A DNA stretch of 64,000 nucleotides from the NCBI GenBank assembly GCA_963742735.1, contig CAVUMN010000003.1:512001-576000 (forward strand). Direction: 5' to 3'. Below are positions 28,120-37,123 of this stretch, piece by piece (positions within the stretch are counted from its first letter, which is position 1; every line of letters starts with the position of its first letter). The translations under genes and the position numbers were made by a program. Source of the DNA: an uncultured Actinomycetes bacterium (GTDB lineage Bacteria; Actinomycetota; UBA4738; JBBDTT01). The notes beneath the pieces were generated by a model, which saw nothing but the letters and a program-made list of their open reading frames with translations, searched no databases and had not been told where the DNA came from.

Positions 28120-28326
28120 TCAGAAGGTGACGATCGTCAGGCCGCGGGCGACCTTGGCGCCACCCTCTTCGGCGAGGTCGAATCGAACCCGCTGGCCGAT
28201 CCGAAGGCCCCGCAGTCCCGAGCGTTCGACCGAGATGGGGTCGATGCGCACCTCGGTGCGGTCGTCGAGGAGCAACGAGCCCTCGCGCGTCGCGTCGTCG
28301 AAGTGCTTGATCGTTCCCTGGGCCAT
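28120..28326 (-). CDS. Cold-shock/OB-fold-like small protein
   Basis: MAQGTIKHFD...GSLLLDD...LRIGQRVRF; typical neighbour of cofC. Confidence 0.7.
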   Translation of the reverse strand: MAQGTIKHFDDATREGSLLLDDRTEVRIDPISVERSGLRGLRIGQRVRFDLAEEGGAKVARGLTIVTF

Positions 28327-28351
28327 GTCCTCGTCCTCCGGCCGTCCCCGG

Positions 28352-29005
28352 TCAGCGGGCGGCCACCCGTAGTCTCGCCGCCAGGTCGAGCTCCCGGCAA
28401 GCCGAGGCGGTCCGGCCGTGGACGCCAGAGTCCATCAGGGCGAGCACGTCCTGTGGCCGGTCGAGGTCGAACGCCAGCGCGGGCTCCCGGACGACGGCCA
28501 CGGGCAGCCCGGCCTCCTCGGCCTCGCGAACGTGGCGATCGAACGACCGGGTCCCGAATCGCGCGCGGATCGCGTCCGGCGGACGCCGGAGGAGGACGTT
28601 GGTGCCCCCGTCGGAGTGCGAGGGCGCCGCGACGACCGGGCCCAGGGTCCGCAGCGCGCTCGCCAGCGCCTCCGGCGTGAGCAGCGGGAGGTCGGCGAGC
28701 ACCACGGCGAGCGCGCCGACGCCCTCGCCCAGGGCGCGCTCCTCCGCCTGGGCCACGGCGCCGGTGAGGGTCGGCTCGGGGGCCTCCTCGAGCATGGGCT
28801 CCGCGCCCCGCCGGGCGGCCACCTCCAGCGCCGCCTCGTCGGCGGAGATCACCCAGGTCGACCACCCCGGCGCCCGCAGCGCCGCGTCGAGTACGTCCTC
28901 GAGCATCGCCAGGCTGAGGACCCCGCGCTCGATCGGGGACAGGTCGTTCGCCAGGCGGGTCTTGGCGGCGTCGAACGGCTTCACCGGCACGGCGATCACG
29001 CGCAC
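28352..29005 (-). CDS. cofC: Phosphoenolpyruvate/2-phospho-L-lactate guanylyltransferase (F420 biosynthesis)
   Basis: VPVKPFDAAKTRLA, MLEDVL, ADLPLL, DGGTN, FDLDRPQD. Confidence 0.9.
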   Translation of the reverse strand: MRVIAVPVKPFDAAKTRLANDLSPIERGVLSLAMLEDVLDAALRAPGWSTWVISADEAALEVAARRGAEPMLEEAPEPTLTGAVAQAEERALGEGVGALAVVLADLPLLTPEALASALRTLGPVVAAPSHSDGGTNVLLRRPPDAIRARFGTRSFDRHVREAEEAGLPVAVVREPALAFDLDRPQDVLALMDSGVHGRTASACRELDLAARLRVAAR

Positions 29006-29062
29006 GTGGCCAGTATCCCGCGGGTCGCCCGGTCGCGGCGTCCGCCGCCGGTGTGGGAGGCT

Positions 29063-29767
29063 ATGGCCTCCCGAGATTCCAAGGAGAAGACGCTGGCCGA
29101 GCCGTGGTACCGGGCGGCCATCACGGTGCTCCGGCCCTCGATGGCGTTCTGGTTCAACTGGCACGCCGAGGGGGTCGAGCACGTCCCGCCGACGGGGCCG
29201 CTCCTCATCGCGTGCAACCACATCTCGGAGCTGGACCCCCTGTGCCAGGGCCTGTTCCTGGTCCGGGCAGGGCGCCGCCCGCGGTTCCTGGCGAAGTCCG
29301 ACCTCCTGAAGAAGTGGCTCCTGCGCAAGGTCCTCCTGGGGGCCAAGCAGATTCCCGTGTACCGGGGCACCGGGGATCGAGGACCCGTCGACGCGGCGGT
29401 GAAGGCGCTGCGCGAGGGGGAGTGCGTGGTCATCTACCCGGAAGCGACACTGACCAAGAACCCCGACTACAGCCCGATGCAGGGGAAGCACGGGATCGCC
29501 CGGATCGCGTTCGAGGCGGGCCTCCCCGTCCTGCCGCTGGCGGTGTGGGGCTCGCACAAGTTCATGCCTCGCCGCGGCGAGAAGAAGGACCGGACGTTCG
29601 GCCGCCCGATCATGGTCAAGGCGTCGTCACCGATCGACCTGTCCGAGTTCGCGGCCCGCGGACACGACGACCCTGAGGCCCTCCGCCAGGCGACGGACCG
29701 CGTCATGGACGAGCTGTCGCGGCTGGTCGCCGACCTCCGGGCCCGGTATCCGAAACGGTGGGCGTGA
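29063..29767 (+). CDS. plsC: Lysophospholipid acyltransferase
   Basis: NHISELD, FLAK, IYPEAT. Confidence 0.85.
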   Translation: MASRDSKEKTLAEPWYRAAITVLRPSMAFWFNWHAEGVEHVPPTGPLLIACNHISELDPLCQGLFLVRAGRRPRFLAKSDLLKKWLLRKVLLGAKQIPVYRGTGDRGPVDAAVKALREGECVVIYPEATLTKNPDYSPMQGKHGIARIAFEAGLPVLPLAVWGSHKFMPRRGEKKDRTFGRPIMVKASSPIDLSEFAARGHDDPEALRQATDRVMDELSRLVADLRARYPKRWA

Positions 29768-30795
29768 GCGAGCGAGTCGCCGTCGTCGGAGCGGGATCCT
29801 GGGGCACCGCCTTCGCGATGATCCCTGCCGAGAAGGGGATCGAGACCGTGATCTGGGCGCGGCGTGAGGCCGTGGCCAAGGAGATCACCGAGCAGCACAC
29901 GAACGCCGGCTACCTGGCCGGGTTCGACCTTCCTCCGTCCCTGCGCGGGACCCACGACCTGGAGGAGGCCATCACGGGCGCGACGGTCGTGGTCATGGCC
30001 ATCCCGTCCCACGCCTTCCGCGAGAACTTCCGCGACGTCGCCGGGTTCCTGGGTCCGGGCGTCCCCGTCGTCTCCCTGACCAAGGGGATCGAGCAGGACA
30101 CGCTCAAGCGCATGACCGAGGTGATGGCCGAGGAGGCCGCCGTGGATCCGCGCCACCTGGCCGTCGTCTCGGGCCCGAACCTCGCGAAGGAGGTGGCGTC
30201 GCGGATGCCCTCGGCCACGGTGGTGGGATGCGCGGACGCCGACGTGGCCGCCCGCCTCCAGACCGTGTTCATGGCGCCCTTCTTCCGCGTCTACACGAAC
30301 CCCGACGTGGTCGGCTGCGAGCTGTGCGGCGCCATGAAGAACGTGATCGCCATCGCCGCGGGGATCGCCGACGGGATGAACTTCGGCGACAACACGCGGG
30401 CGTCGCTCATCACCCGCGGGCTGGCGGAGCTGGCTCGGCTCGGATCGACGCTGGGGGGGAACCCGCTGACGTTCGCCGGCCTGGCGGGGATGGGGGACCT
30501 GGTCGCGACCTGCATCAGCAAGCTGTCCCGCAACCGCCACGTCGGTGAGGAGCTGGGGAAGGGTCGCTCGCTGGACGACATCACCAACGAGATGAACATG
30601 GTGGCCGAGGGGGTCAAGACGAGCCGCGCGGTGGTGGCCCTCGCCGAGCGTCAGGGGGTCGAGGTCCCGATCTCCGAGCACGTGGTCAAGGTGCTCTACG
30701 AGGGCGTGAGCCCCAGCGACATGGTGCTGTCCCTCATGCTCCGGTCGGCGAAGGCCGAGCTGCACGGCATCGAGTCGCCCCCGGGCGCGGGGTAG
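29764..30795 (+). CDS. gpsA: NAD(P)H-dependent glycerol-3-phosphate dehydrogenase
   Basis: GAGSWGTA, SGPNLA, GAMKNVIA, GDLVATC, SRN. Confidence 0.95.
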   Translation: MSERVAVVGAGSWGTAFAMIPAEKGIETVIWARREAVAKEITEQHTNAGYLAGFDLPPSLRGTHDLEEAITGATVVVMAIPSHAFRENFRDVAGFLGPGVPVVSLTKGIEQDTLKRMTEVMAEEAAVDPRHLAVVSGPNLAKEVASRMPSATVVGCADADVAARLQTVFMAPFFRVYTNPDVVGCELCGAMKNVIAIAAGIADGMNFGDNTRASLITRGLAELARLGSTLGGNPLTFAGLAGMGDLVATCISKLSRNRHVGEELGKGRSLDDITNEMNMVAEGVKTSRAVVALAERQGVEVPISEHVVKVLYEGVSPSDMVLSLMLRSAKAELHGIESPPGAG

Positions 30796-30805
30796 GGTTA
30801 GCCGG

Positions 30806-31846
30806 GTGGCCCGAGCCTCGACGAGGAGGCCGCAGACCGTGGAAGCCGAACGCATCTCCGCGGACGAACCGGCTCCGCGAGAGCCGGCCTTCGTCGACGT
30901 GCTGGCCGGACGGCGGGTGATCGAGCCCTACCTCGGGCGAACGCCCTTCTACGAGTCGCTGTCGCTCGGCAAGATGCTCGGCCTCAACCTGTACATCAAG
31001 TACGAGAACCATCAGCCGGTCGGCGCCTTCAAGGTCCGAGGGACGCTGAACAAGGTGCTCTCGCTCAGCCCGGAGGAGCGCCGCCGCGGCGTGGTCACGG
31101 CCTCGATGGGCAACCACGGCCAGGGCGTGTGCTACGCGGCGCGCCTCATGGACGCGAAGGCCGTCGTCGTCATGCCGGAGAAGGCCAACCCCGACAAGGT
31201 CGAGGCCATGCGCAACCTGGGCGGGGAGGTCCTGTTCGTCGGCGAGGACCTGGAGGCCGCGAACGACGAGGCGCGGCGCCTGGAGCGCGAGAAGGGCTAC
31301 GTGTACTTCCACGCCGCGAACGACCCCTGGATCATCGCCGGCCACGGGACCATCGGCCTGGAGATGCTCGAGGACGTGCCCGACCTGGACACGATCGTCG
31401 TCCCGATCGGCGCGGGAGGCCTGATCAGCGGGGTCGCTCTGGCGGCGAAGACGCTCAACCCGGGGATCGAGGTCATCGGGGTCCAGGCCAAGGAGGTCGC
31501 GCCCTACTACGACAGCCGCCAGGCCGGGCATCTGGTCGACGCGCTCAGCGCCAAGACCTTCGCCGAGGGACTCGCGGCGCGATTCCCGACCGTGCTTCCG
31601 TTCCAGATGATCGACCGCTACGTCGACGAGATCATCGTGGCCAGCGAGGAGGAGATGCGCCGGGGCATCGTGCTGCTCCTGGAGAAGACCCACAACCTGG
31701 CCGAGGGCGCCGGCGCCGCGGGCGTGGCGGGCGTCGTGCGCCTGCACGAGCGCCTGGCCGGCCGCAAGGTCGGGACGATCCTCACCGGCGGCAACCTGAA
31801 CCGGCACGTGCTGGAGCGAGCCCTTACGGACCCGCATACCTGGTAG
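30806..31846 (+). CDS. PLP-dependent threonine/serine dehydratase
   Basis: KYENHQPVGAFKVRG, SMGNHGQG, GAGGLISG, TGGN. Confidence 0.88.
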   Translation: MARASTRRPQTVEAERISADEPAPREPAFVDVLAGRRVIEPYLGRTPFYESLSLGKMLGLNLYIKYENHQPVGAFKVRGTLNKVLSLSPEERRRGVVTASMGNHGQGVCYAARLMDAKAVVVMPEKANPDKVEAMRNLGGEVLFVGEDLEAANDEARRLEREKGYVYFHAANDPWIIAGHGTIGLEMLEDVPDLDTIVVPIGAGGLISGVALAAKTLNPGIEVIGVQAKEVAPYYDSRQAGHLVDALSAKTFAEGLAARFPTVLPFQMIDRYVDEIIVASEEEMRRGIVLLLEKTHNLAEGAGAAGVAGVVRLHERLAGRKVGTILTGGNLNRHVLERALTDPHTW

Positions 31847-31867
31847 CCGAGGGCGCCGGCCCGGCCG

Positions 31868-32257
31868 CTAGGCCCAGAACTCGTCGGTCGTGTATTGGTC
31901 CTGTTCGTGGACCCAGACCTCGGTCACGCGCCCGTCTGTGAAGTGGATGACGTGCACGATGTTGCCCTCCCACGACGCGTCGCCCCGCTTCGCGGTCGCG
32001 TGGATGAGCCCGGTGCCGTGCTCGTCGTTCGCCAGCACGTCGTGGACCGAGAGGACGAAGCTGCCCTCGGACAACTCCACGACCTTGCCGAAGAACGCCA
32101 TCACCGCGTCGCGGCCGTCGAAGTCGCCCGAGATCGCGCTGCGGCCGGGGGAGTGCCACACGATGCTCTCGTCGAACGCCGCCATCACCGGTTCCATGTC
32201 GCCGGTCGCGAACCCCTCGTAGGCCTTGAGAAGGAGCTCCTCGTTTGGATGTGCCAT
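31868..32257 (-). CDS. SnoaL/NTF2-like protein
   Basis: MAHPNEELL...VWHSPGRSAISG...DEFWA. Confidence 0.82.
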   Translation of the reverse strand: MAHPNEELLLKAYEGFATGDMEPVMAAFDESIVWHSPGRSAISGDFDGRDAVMAFFGKVVELSEGSFVLSVHDVLANDEHGTGLIHATAKRGDASWEGNIVHVIHFTDGRVTEVWVHEQDQYTTDEFWA

Positions 32258-32346
32258 CTCCTGCCCTCCCTAGGGTCGTTGCTTCGACTCTAGCCCCGAG
32301 GCGCGGACCGGGAAAGCGGACGAGGTTCCGGTAGGCTGGCGCGGCC

Positions 32347-33522
32347 ATGGACGACCTGGGGTTCACCACTCGGGCCATGCGCGGCGAAACCGATCCGGGG
32401 GACGCCCGGCCCGTCTCGACACCGATCTACCAATCCGCGACGTTCTCGTTCGAGGATCCGGAAGTCCTCGCCGACCTCATCGCTCGGGGGAAGGACACGG
32501 GGTTCGTCTACTCGCGCTGGCACAACCCCACGCGGGACGCCCTGGAGCGGGTGGTGGCCGACCTCGAGGGCGCGGAGCGGGGGCTCTCGTTCGCCTCGGG
32601 GATGGCGGCCATCACCACCGTCCTCTCCACGCTGGTGCAGGCCGGCGACCAGGTCGTGGCCAGCCCCGACCTGTACGGGGGGGCCCACGCCCTGCTGACG
32701 AAGATCCTGCCGCGGTGGGGCGTCGAGGTGCGCCTGGCGGCCTCCTATCGCGCGGAGGACATCCTGGAGGCCGCGGGTCCGGGCACCCGCCTGGTGTACG
32801 CCGAGACGATCGGCAACCCGCGCATCTCGGTGCCCGACCTCGAGGCGCTCGGACGAGGATGCGCGGAGCGCGGCGTGGCCCTGGTGGTCGACAACACCTT
32901 CGCCAGCCCGTTCCTGTGCAACCCCATCAAGTTCGGGGCCGGCGTGGTGATCCACTCGGCGACGAAGTACCTGGGCGGGCACGGGGACCTCACCGCCGGC
33001 GTGGCCGTGGGCGATGCCGAGACGATGCGAATGGTCCGGGAGACGCTGGTCGAGCTCGGAGGCGTCGCGTCGCCGCTCGACGCGTGGCTGACCCTGCGGG
33101 GGATCCAGACCCTCGAGCTGCGCATGCGGAGGCACTGTTCGAACGCGACGGAGCTGGCGGGGATGCTCGAGGGCCACTCGAAGGTCACCCGGGTCTGGTA
33201 TCCGGCCCTGACGTCGCACGAGGATCACGAGGTTGCCCGCCGGATCCTCACCGGCCCCTCGGGCATGCTCTCCTTCGAGGTCGACGGAGGCCTGGAGGCG
33301 GGCCGCCGGTTTCAGCGGGCGCTCGAGGTCGCCGTGGTCGCGCCGAGCCTGGGTGCCACCCGCACCCTGGTCAGTCACGCGGCGAGCGTCACCCACACGC
33401 AGCTCACCCGCGCCGAGCGGGAGGCGGCCGGGATCACCGACGGATTCGTCCGCGTCTCGGTCGGGATCGAGGACCCCAAGGACCTCCTCGAGGACTTCGA
33501 GCGGGCCCTGGAGAAGGCGTGA
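32347..33522 (+). CDS. Cys/Met metabolism PLP enzyme (cystathionine gamma-synthase/methionine gamma-lyase family)
   Basis: PIYQSATF, YSRWHNPT, ASGMAA, VDNTF, HSATKYLGGH, SVGIE. Confidence 0.9.
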   Translation: MDDLGFTTRAMRGETDPGDARPVSTPIYQSATFSFEDPEVLADLIARGKDTGFVYSRWHNPTRDALERVVADLEGAERGLSFASGMAAITTVLSTLVQAGDQVVASPDLYGGAHALLTKILPRWGVEVRLAASYRAEDILEAAGPGTRLVYAETIGNPRISVPDLEALGRGCAERGVALVVDNTFASPFLCNPIKFGAGVVIHSATKYLGGHGDLTAGVAVGDAETMRMVRETLVELGGVASPLDAWLTLRGIQTLELRMRRHCSNATELAGMLEGHSKVTRVWYPALTSHEDHEVARRILTGPSGMLSFEVDGGLEAGRRFQRALEVAVVAPSLGATRTLVSHAASVTHTQLTRAEREAAGITDGFVRVSVGIEDPKDLLEDFERALEKA

Positions 33523-34640
33523 GGCGCCGGGTCGCCGTCATCTTCGGGGGACGCTCGGCGGAGCACGAGGTCTCGGTCGTCTCCGCGCGATCGGTGATCG
33601 ACGCGCTCGACCCAGACCGATACGAGGTGGTCCCGATCGGGATCGACAAAGACGGCCGTTGGCATCTCCTGGAGGGACCGCCCCGGCTCGAGGAGGGGTC
33701 GAAGCAGCTCCCGGCGGTTGCGGGCGACGCCGGCGTCGAGGTGGCGCTGTCCCGCGAGCCCGGAGAGCGTGCGCTGGTCTCCGACGCCGGCGAGCGCTCG
33801 GCGTTCGACGTGGCGTTCCCGGTTCTGCACGGGCCGTTCGGCGAGGACGGAACCATCCAGGGGCTCCTCGAGCTCGCGGGGATCCCCTACGTCGGCGCGG
33901 GGGTCCTGGCCTCGGCGGTGGGGATGGACAAGGCCGTGCAGAAGACGCTGTTCCGGGCGGCGGGGCTGCCCGTCGTCCCGCACCTGGTGGTGACGGAGAA
34001 GGACTGGGACGAGGACCCCGACCAGGTCGAGGCGGGGGCCGAGAGCCTCGGGTACCCCGTGTTCGTCAAGCCGGTGTCCCTCGGCTCCTCGGTGGGCATC
34101 GCGAAGGTCAAGCAGCCCGACCAGCTCGCGGAGGCCGTCGCCGGGGCGTTCGCCCACGGGCGCAAGATCCTGGTCGAGAAGGGCATGGAGGGGTTCCGCG
34201 AGATCGAGTGTGCCCTGCTCGGCAACGACGACCCCGTGGCGAGCGTGCCCGGAGAGGTCATCGCCGCAGGGGAGTTCTACGACTACCGCGCGAAGTACCT
34301 CGACGGCAACACGGTGATCGACGTTCCCGCCACCCTGCGCCCCGAGACGGTGGAGACCGTCCAGCGGATGGCGGTGGCCGCGTTCACGGCGATCGACTGC
34401 GAGGGGATGGCGCGGGTCGACTTCTTCGTCCGGGAGCCTGACGACGTGTACGTGAACGAGATCAACACGATCCCCGGCTTCACCAGCATCTCGATGTACC
34501 CGATGATGTGGGAGGCATCCGGCCTGACCTACGCGGAGCTGGTCGACCGGCTCGTGGAGCTCGCGCTGGAGCGTCACGACCGGGAGGCCGCCCGCGCGAC
34601 GCGAGGCGCCGACGCCGCGGAGAGGCCCGCATTCACATGA
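33519..34640 (+). CDS. ddl: D-alanine-D-alanine ligase
   Basis: FGGRSAEHEVS, LHGPFGEDG, GSSVG, FYDYRAKY, NEINTIPG. Confidence 0.95.
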   Translation: MRRRVAVIFGGRSAEHEVSVVSARSVIDALDPDRYEVVPIGIDKDGRWHLLEGPPRLEEGSKQLPAVAGDAGVEVALSREPGERALVSDAGERSAFDVAFPVLHGPFGEDGTIQGLLELAGIPYVGAGVLASAVGMDKAVQKTLFRAAGLPVVPHLVVTEKDWDEDPDQVEAGAESLGYPVFVKPVSLGSSVGIAKVKQPDQLAEAVAGAFAHGRKILVEKGMEGFREIECALLGNDDPVASVPGEVIAAGEFYDYRAKYLDGNTVIDVPATLRPETVETVQRMAVAAFTAIDCEGMARVDFFVREPDDVYVNEINTIPGFTSISMYPMMWEASGLTYAELVDRLVELALERHDREAARATRGADAAERPAFT

Positions 34641-35776
34641 AGATCCTGATCAGCTACCGGCGCGAGGACACGTCCGGCTATGCCGGCCGGCTCTACGACG
34701 ACCTGAGCGAGGTCTACGGCAAGGGCCAGGTGTTCATCGACATCGACGCCATCGAGCCCGGCGTCGACTTCACCGAGGTCATCGCCCGGGAGGTCGGCTC
34801 CTCGGACGTGGTGCTCGTCCTCATCGGCCCTCGATGGCTCACCCTCGCGGACGGTGAGGGGAACCGGCGCCTGGACAATCCCGAGGACTACCACCGCCTG
34901 GAGATCGAGGCGGCGCTCCAGCGGGACATCCGGGTGATCCCCCTGTTGTTCCAGGGCGCGGCGATGCCTAACCGCGACCAGCTCCCGGAGCCGATCCGGA
35001 AGCTCGCGGTGCGCAACGCCCTCGAGATCACCGATCAGCGCTGGGCGTTCGACCTCGGCCGCCTCACCGAGGCCCTGACGCGGGTCCTGGAGGGCTCGGG
35101 CGACGCCGCCACGGCCCGCCCTCGGCACGGGCGGCCTTCACCCCAAGCCGCCCGCCGGCCTTCGGAACGAGCCGCTTCTCCCGCTCGCAGTACCCAGACG
35201 ATCCCCACGGCCCGGAGCCGTCGTTTGGTGATCGGGTCCGTGGCCCTGGTCGTGCTCCTCGTCGCCGGCGTGCTCGGGTGGCAGCTCTTCCGCTCGGAAA
35301 AGGCGCCGGGTTCGCCCGGCGGCGGGGCCTCCCCCTCCGCATCGGGGGCCGCCGTCCCGGTCGGGGACTCGGTGCTCGTTCAGCTGGCGTGGCACGGCCC
35401 GCCCGACGACCTCGACATGTGGATCGCCACGCCCGGAGGCGTCTCCGGCGGCGTGTACGAGGCGGGAGACGCCGAGCACAGCGGCGACAGCAAGGGCCCC
35501 GACGCCCAGGAGACCGTGGTGATCGATCTCTCCGCCCCGTCCCCGATGTGGGCGGGCGAGTACGAGATCCACGTCGACAACTTCACCTGCGAGAAGGAGA
35601 TCTCCGATTCCGACGCGGTCATCACCATCCGGTCGGGCGATCGGGAGGTCGCGGAGATCGGGGTCCCGACCGCCGACGGCAAGCGGTGGACCGTCGGCAC
35701 CCTGACCCTGAGCGCGGATCGGGATGCTTCGTTCGTCGCGGACGGGTCGGTCGAGGAGATCTGCGCGTCCGGCTGA
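34637..35776 (+). CDS. TIR-domain transmembrane protein with YfaP/DUF2135-like extracellular domain
   Basis: ILISYRREDT...DYHRLEIEAAL; TM; LAWHGPPDDLDMWI...GPDAQE...YEIHVDNF; ATGA overlap with ddl. Confidence 0.78.
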   Translation: MKILISYRREDTSGYAGRLYDDLSEVYGKGQVFIDIDAIEPGVDFTEVIAREVGSSDVVLVLIGPRWLTLADGEGNRRLDNPEDYHRLEIEAALQRDIRVIPLLFQGAAMPNRDQLPEPIRKLAVRNALEITDQRWAFDLGRLTEALTRVLEGSGDAATARPRHGRPSPQAARRPSERAASPARSTQTIPTARSRRLVIGSVALVVLLVAGVLGWQLFRSEKAPGSPGGGASPSASGAAVPVGDSVLVQLAWHGPPDDLDMWIATPGGVSGGVYEAGDAEHSGDSKGPDAQETVVIDLSAPSPMWAGEYEIHVDNFTCEKEISDSDAVITIRSGDREVAEIGVPTADGKRWTVGTLTLSADRDASFVADGSVEEICASG

Positions 35777-35778
35777 CG

Positions 35779-36321
35779 TCAGTGTGCCGCGGCAAGCAGC
35801 CGGTCGAACACCTCGTCGGGCGCCCCCACCCCGTTCACGCGCACCAGCCGGTCGCCGTAGTGGTCTCGGAGCGGGCCGATCTCGCCGCGGTACACCTCGA
35901 AGCGGTTGGCGATCGTCTCGGGGGTGTCGTCGGTCCGGTTGTGCTTCATCGCCCGGGCCAGGAGACGAGGGAGGAGCACCTCCTCGGGCACCACGAGCTC
36001 CAGGACCCGGTCGGGGGTCTCGGGCGCGAGCGCCCGGTCGAGGGCCGCCGCCTGGTTGGCGCTGCGCGGGTAGCCGTCGAGCACGAACCCCGGGGGAAGC
36101 GTGTCGAGGAGGACCCGCGCGAGGATCGCGTCCGGCACCAGGGCGCCGCCGGCCATGATCTCACCGACCCGGTGTGGGTCGCCGGCCGCGATCGAGGCGC
36201 GGAGCAGGTCTCCCGAGGAGACGTGGTCGACGCCCAGCGCGTGCGCCAGCCGTTCGCCCTGCGTGCCCTTCCCGCTTCCCGGGGGGCCGAGCAGGACGAT
36301 GCGCGGCGCGGTGCGGGTCAG
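35779..36321 (-). CDS. adk: Adenylate kinase, short-LID type (probable CTG start)
   Basis: IVLLGPPGSGKGTQ...SSGDLLR upstream and in frame with GFVLDGYPR...RTDD; no ATG/GTG before the P-loop. Confidence 0.85.
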   Translation of the reverse strand: MTRTAPRIVLLGPPGSGKGTQGERLAHALGVDHVSSGDLLRASIAAGDPHRVGEIMAGGALVPDAILARVLLDTLPPGFVLDGYPRSANQAAALDRALAPETPDRVLELVVPEEVLLPRLLARAMKHNRTDDTPETIANRFEVYRGEIGPLRDHYGDRLVRVNGVGAPDEVFDRLLAAAH

Positions 36322-36551
36322 AGGTGGACGACCGGGCAGGTCAGCGTTCGGGTGATCCCGTCCACCGCCTGGATCTTGGCCACCACCAGCTTCCCGAGCT
36401 CATCCACGTTGCGGGCCTCGGCCCGGACGATCACGTCGTACGGCCCCGTCACGTCCTCGGCGGCCGCCACGCCCTTGATCTGGGCCACTTCCTTCGCTAC
36501 CTGCGCCGCCTTCCCCACCTCGGTCTGGATGAGGATGTAGGCGTTGACCAT
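36318..36551 (-). CDS. Lrp/AsnC ligand-binding-domain protein, copy A
   Basis: AYILIQTEVGKA...VTGPYDVIV...TRTLTCPV; GGAGGTGA SD. Confidence 0.9.
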   Translation of the reverse strand: MVNAYILIQTEVGKAAQVAKEVAQIKGVAAAEDVTGPYDVIVRAEARNVDELGKLVVAKIQAVDGITRTLTCPVVHL

Positions 36552-36636
36552 TCGTCACCTCCGTGACCGGCGAGGGCACATCGTAGTCAGGGGTTCACGA
36601 AGCCGACAACCGGTGCATACATCCCGGCGCCCGGGC

Positions 36637-36870
36637 TCAGATGTGGATGACCGGGCAGGTCAGGGTCCGGGTGATTCCCTCGACCGACTGGATCTGGGCG
36701 ACCACGAGCTTTCCGAGCTCGTCGACGTTTCGGGCTTCCGCCCGGACGATCACGTCGTAGGGACCGGTGACGTCGTCAGCCGCCGTCACGCCCTTGATCT
36801 CGGCCACGTCCTTGGCTACCTGCGCCGCTTTCCCCACCTCTGTCTGGATGAGGATGTAGGCGTTCACCAT
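36637..36870 (-). CDS. Lrp/AsnC ligand-binding-domain protein, copy B
   Basis: 68/77 aa identical to copy A; same SD. Confidence 0.9.
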   Translation of the reverse strand: MVNAYILIQTEVGKAAQVAKDVAEIKGVTAADDVTGPYDVIVRAEARNVDELGKLVVAQIQSVEGITRTLTCPVIHI

Positions 36871-36961
36871 GCATCACCTCCGAGCCGAGCGAGCGCCCAT
36901 CGTAGGCGTGCACGCGCGAGCGCGACAAACCGGAGGGCATCCCGGTGGGCATAATCGAGGG

Positions 36962-37123
36962 GTGAGACCGAAGCGCCGCAAGCGGCCGTCCGACGATCCA
37001 CTCGAGGCCTATCGACGCGTGCGCAAGGCCGTCCCGCCCCCCGAACGCGTGATCCCCGACCGCCGGGACAAGCTCGCCGAGCGTGCCGAACGCCGCGAAC
37101 GCAAGGCCGAGGAGAACGGGTGA
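36962..37123 (+). CDS. Small basic hypothetical protein (53 aa)
   Basis: CATAAT-N6-GTG leaderless start; GTGA overlap with the next gene. Confidence 0.6.
   Translation: MRPKRRKRPSDDPLEAYRRVRKAVPPPERVIPDRRDKLAERAERRERKAEENG

Noticed and set aside
28120-28326. Degenerate cold-shock protein as a novelty
   Set aside because: A similar small gene is a regular neighbour of cofC and HU in actinobacteria.
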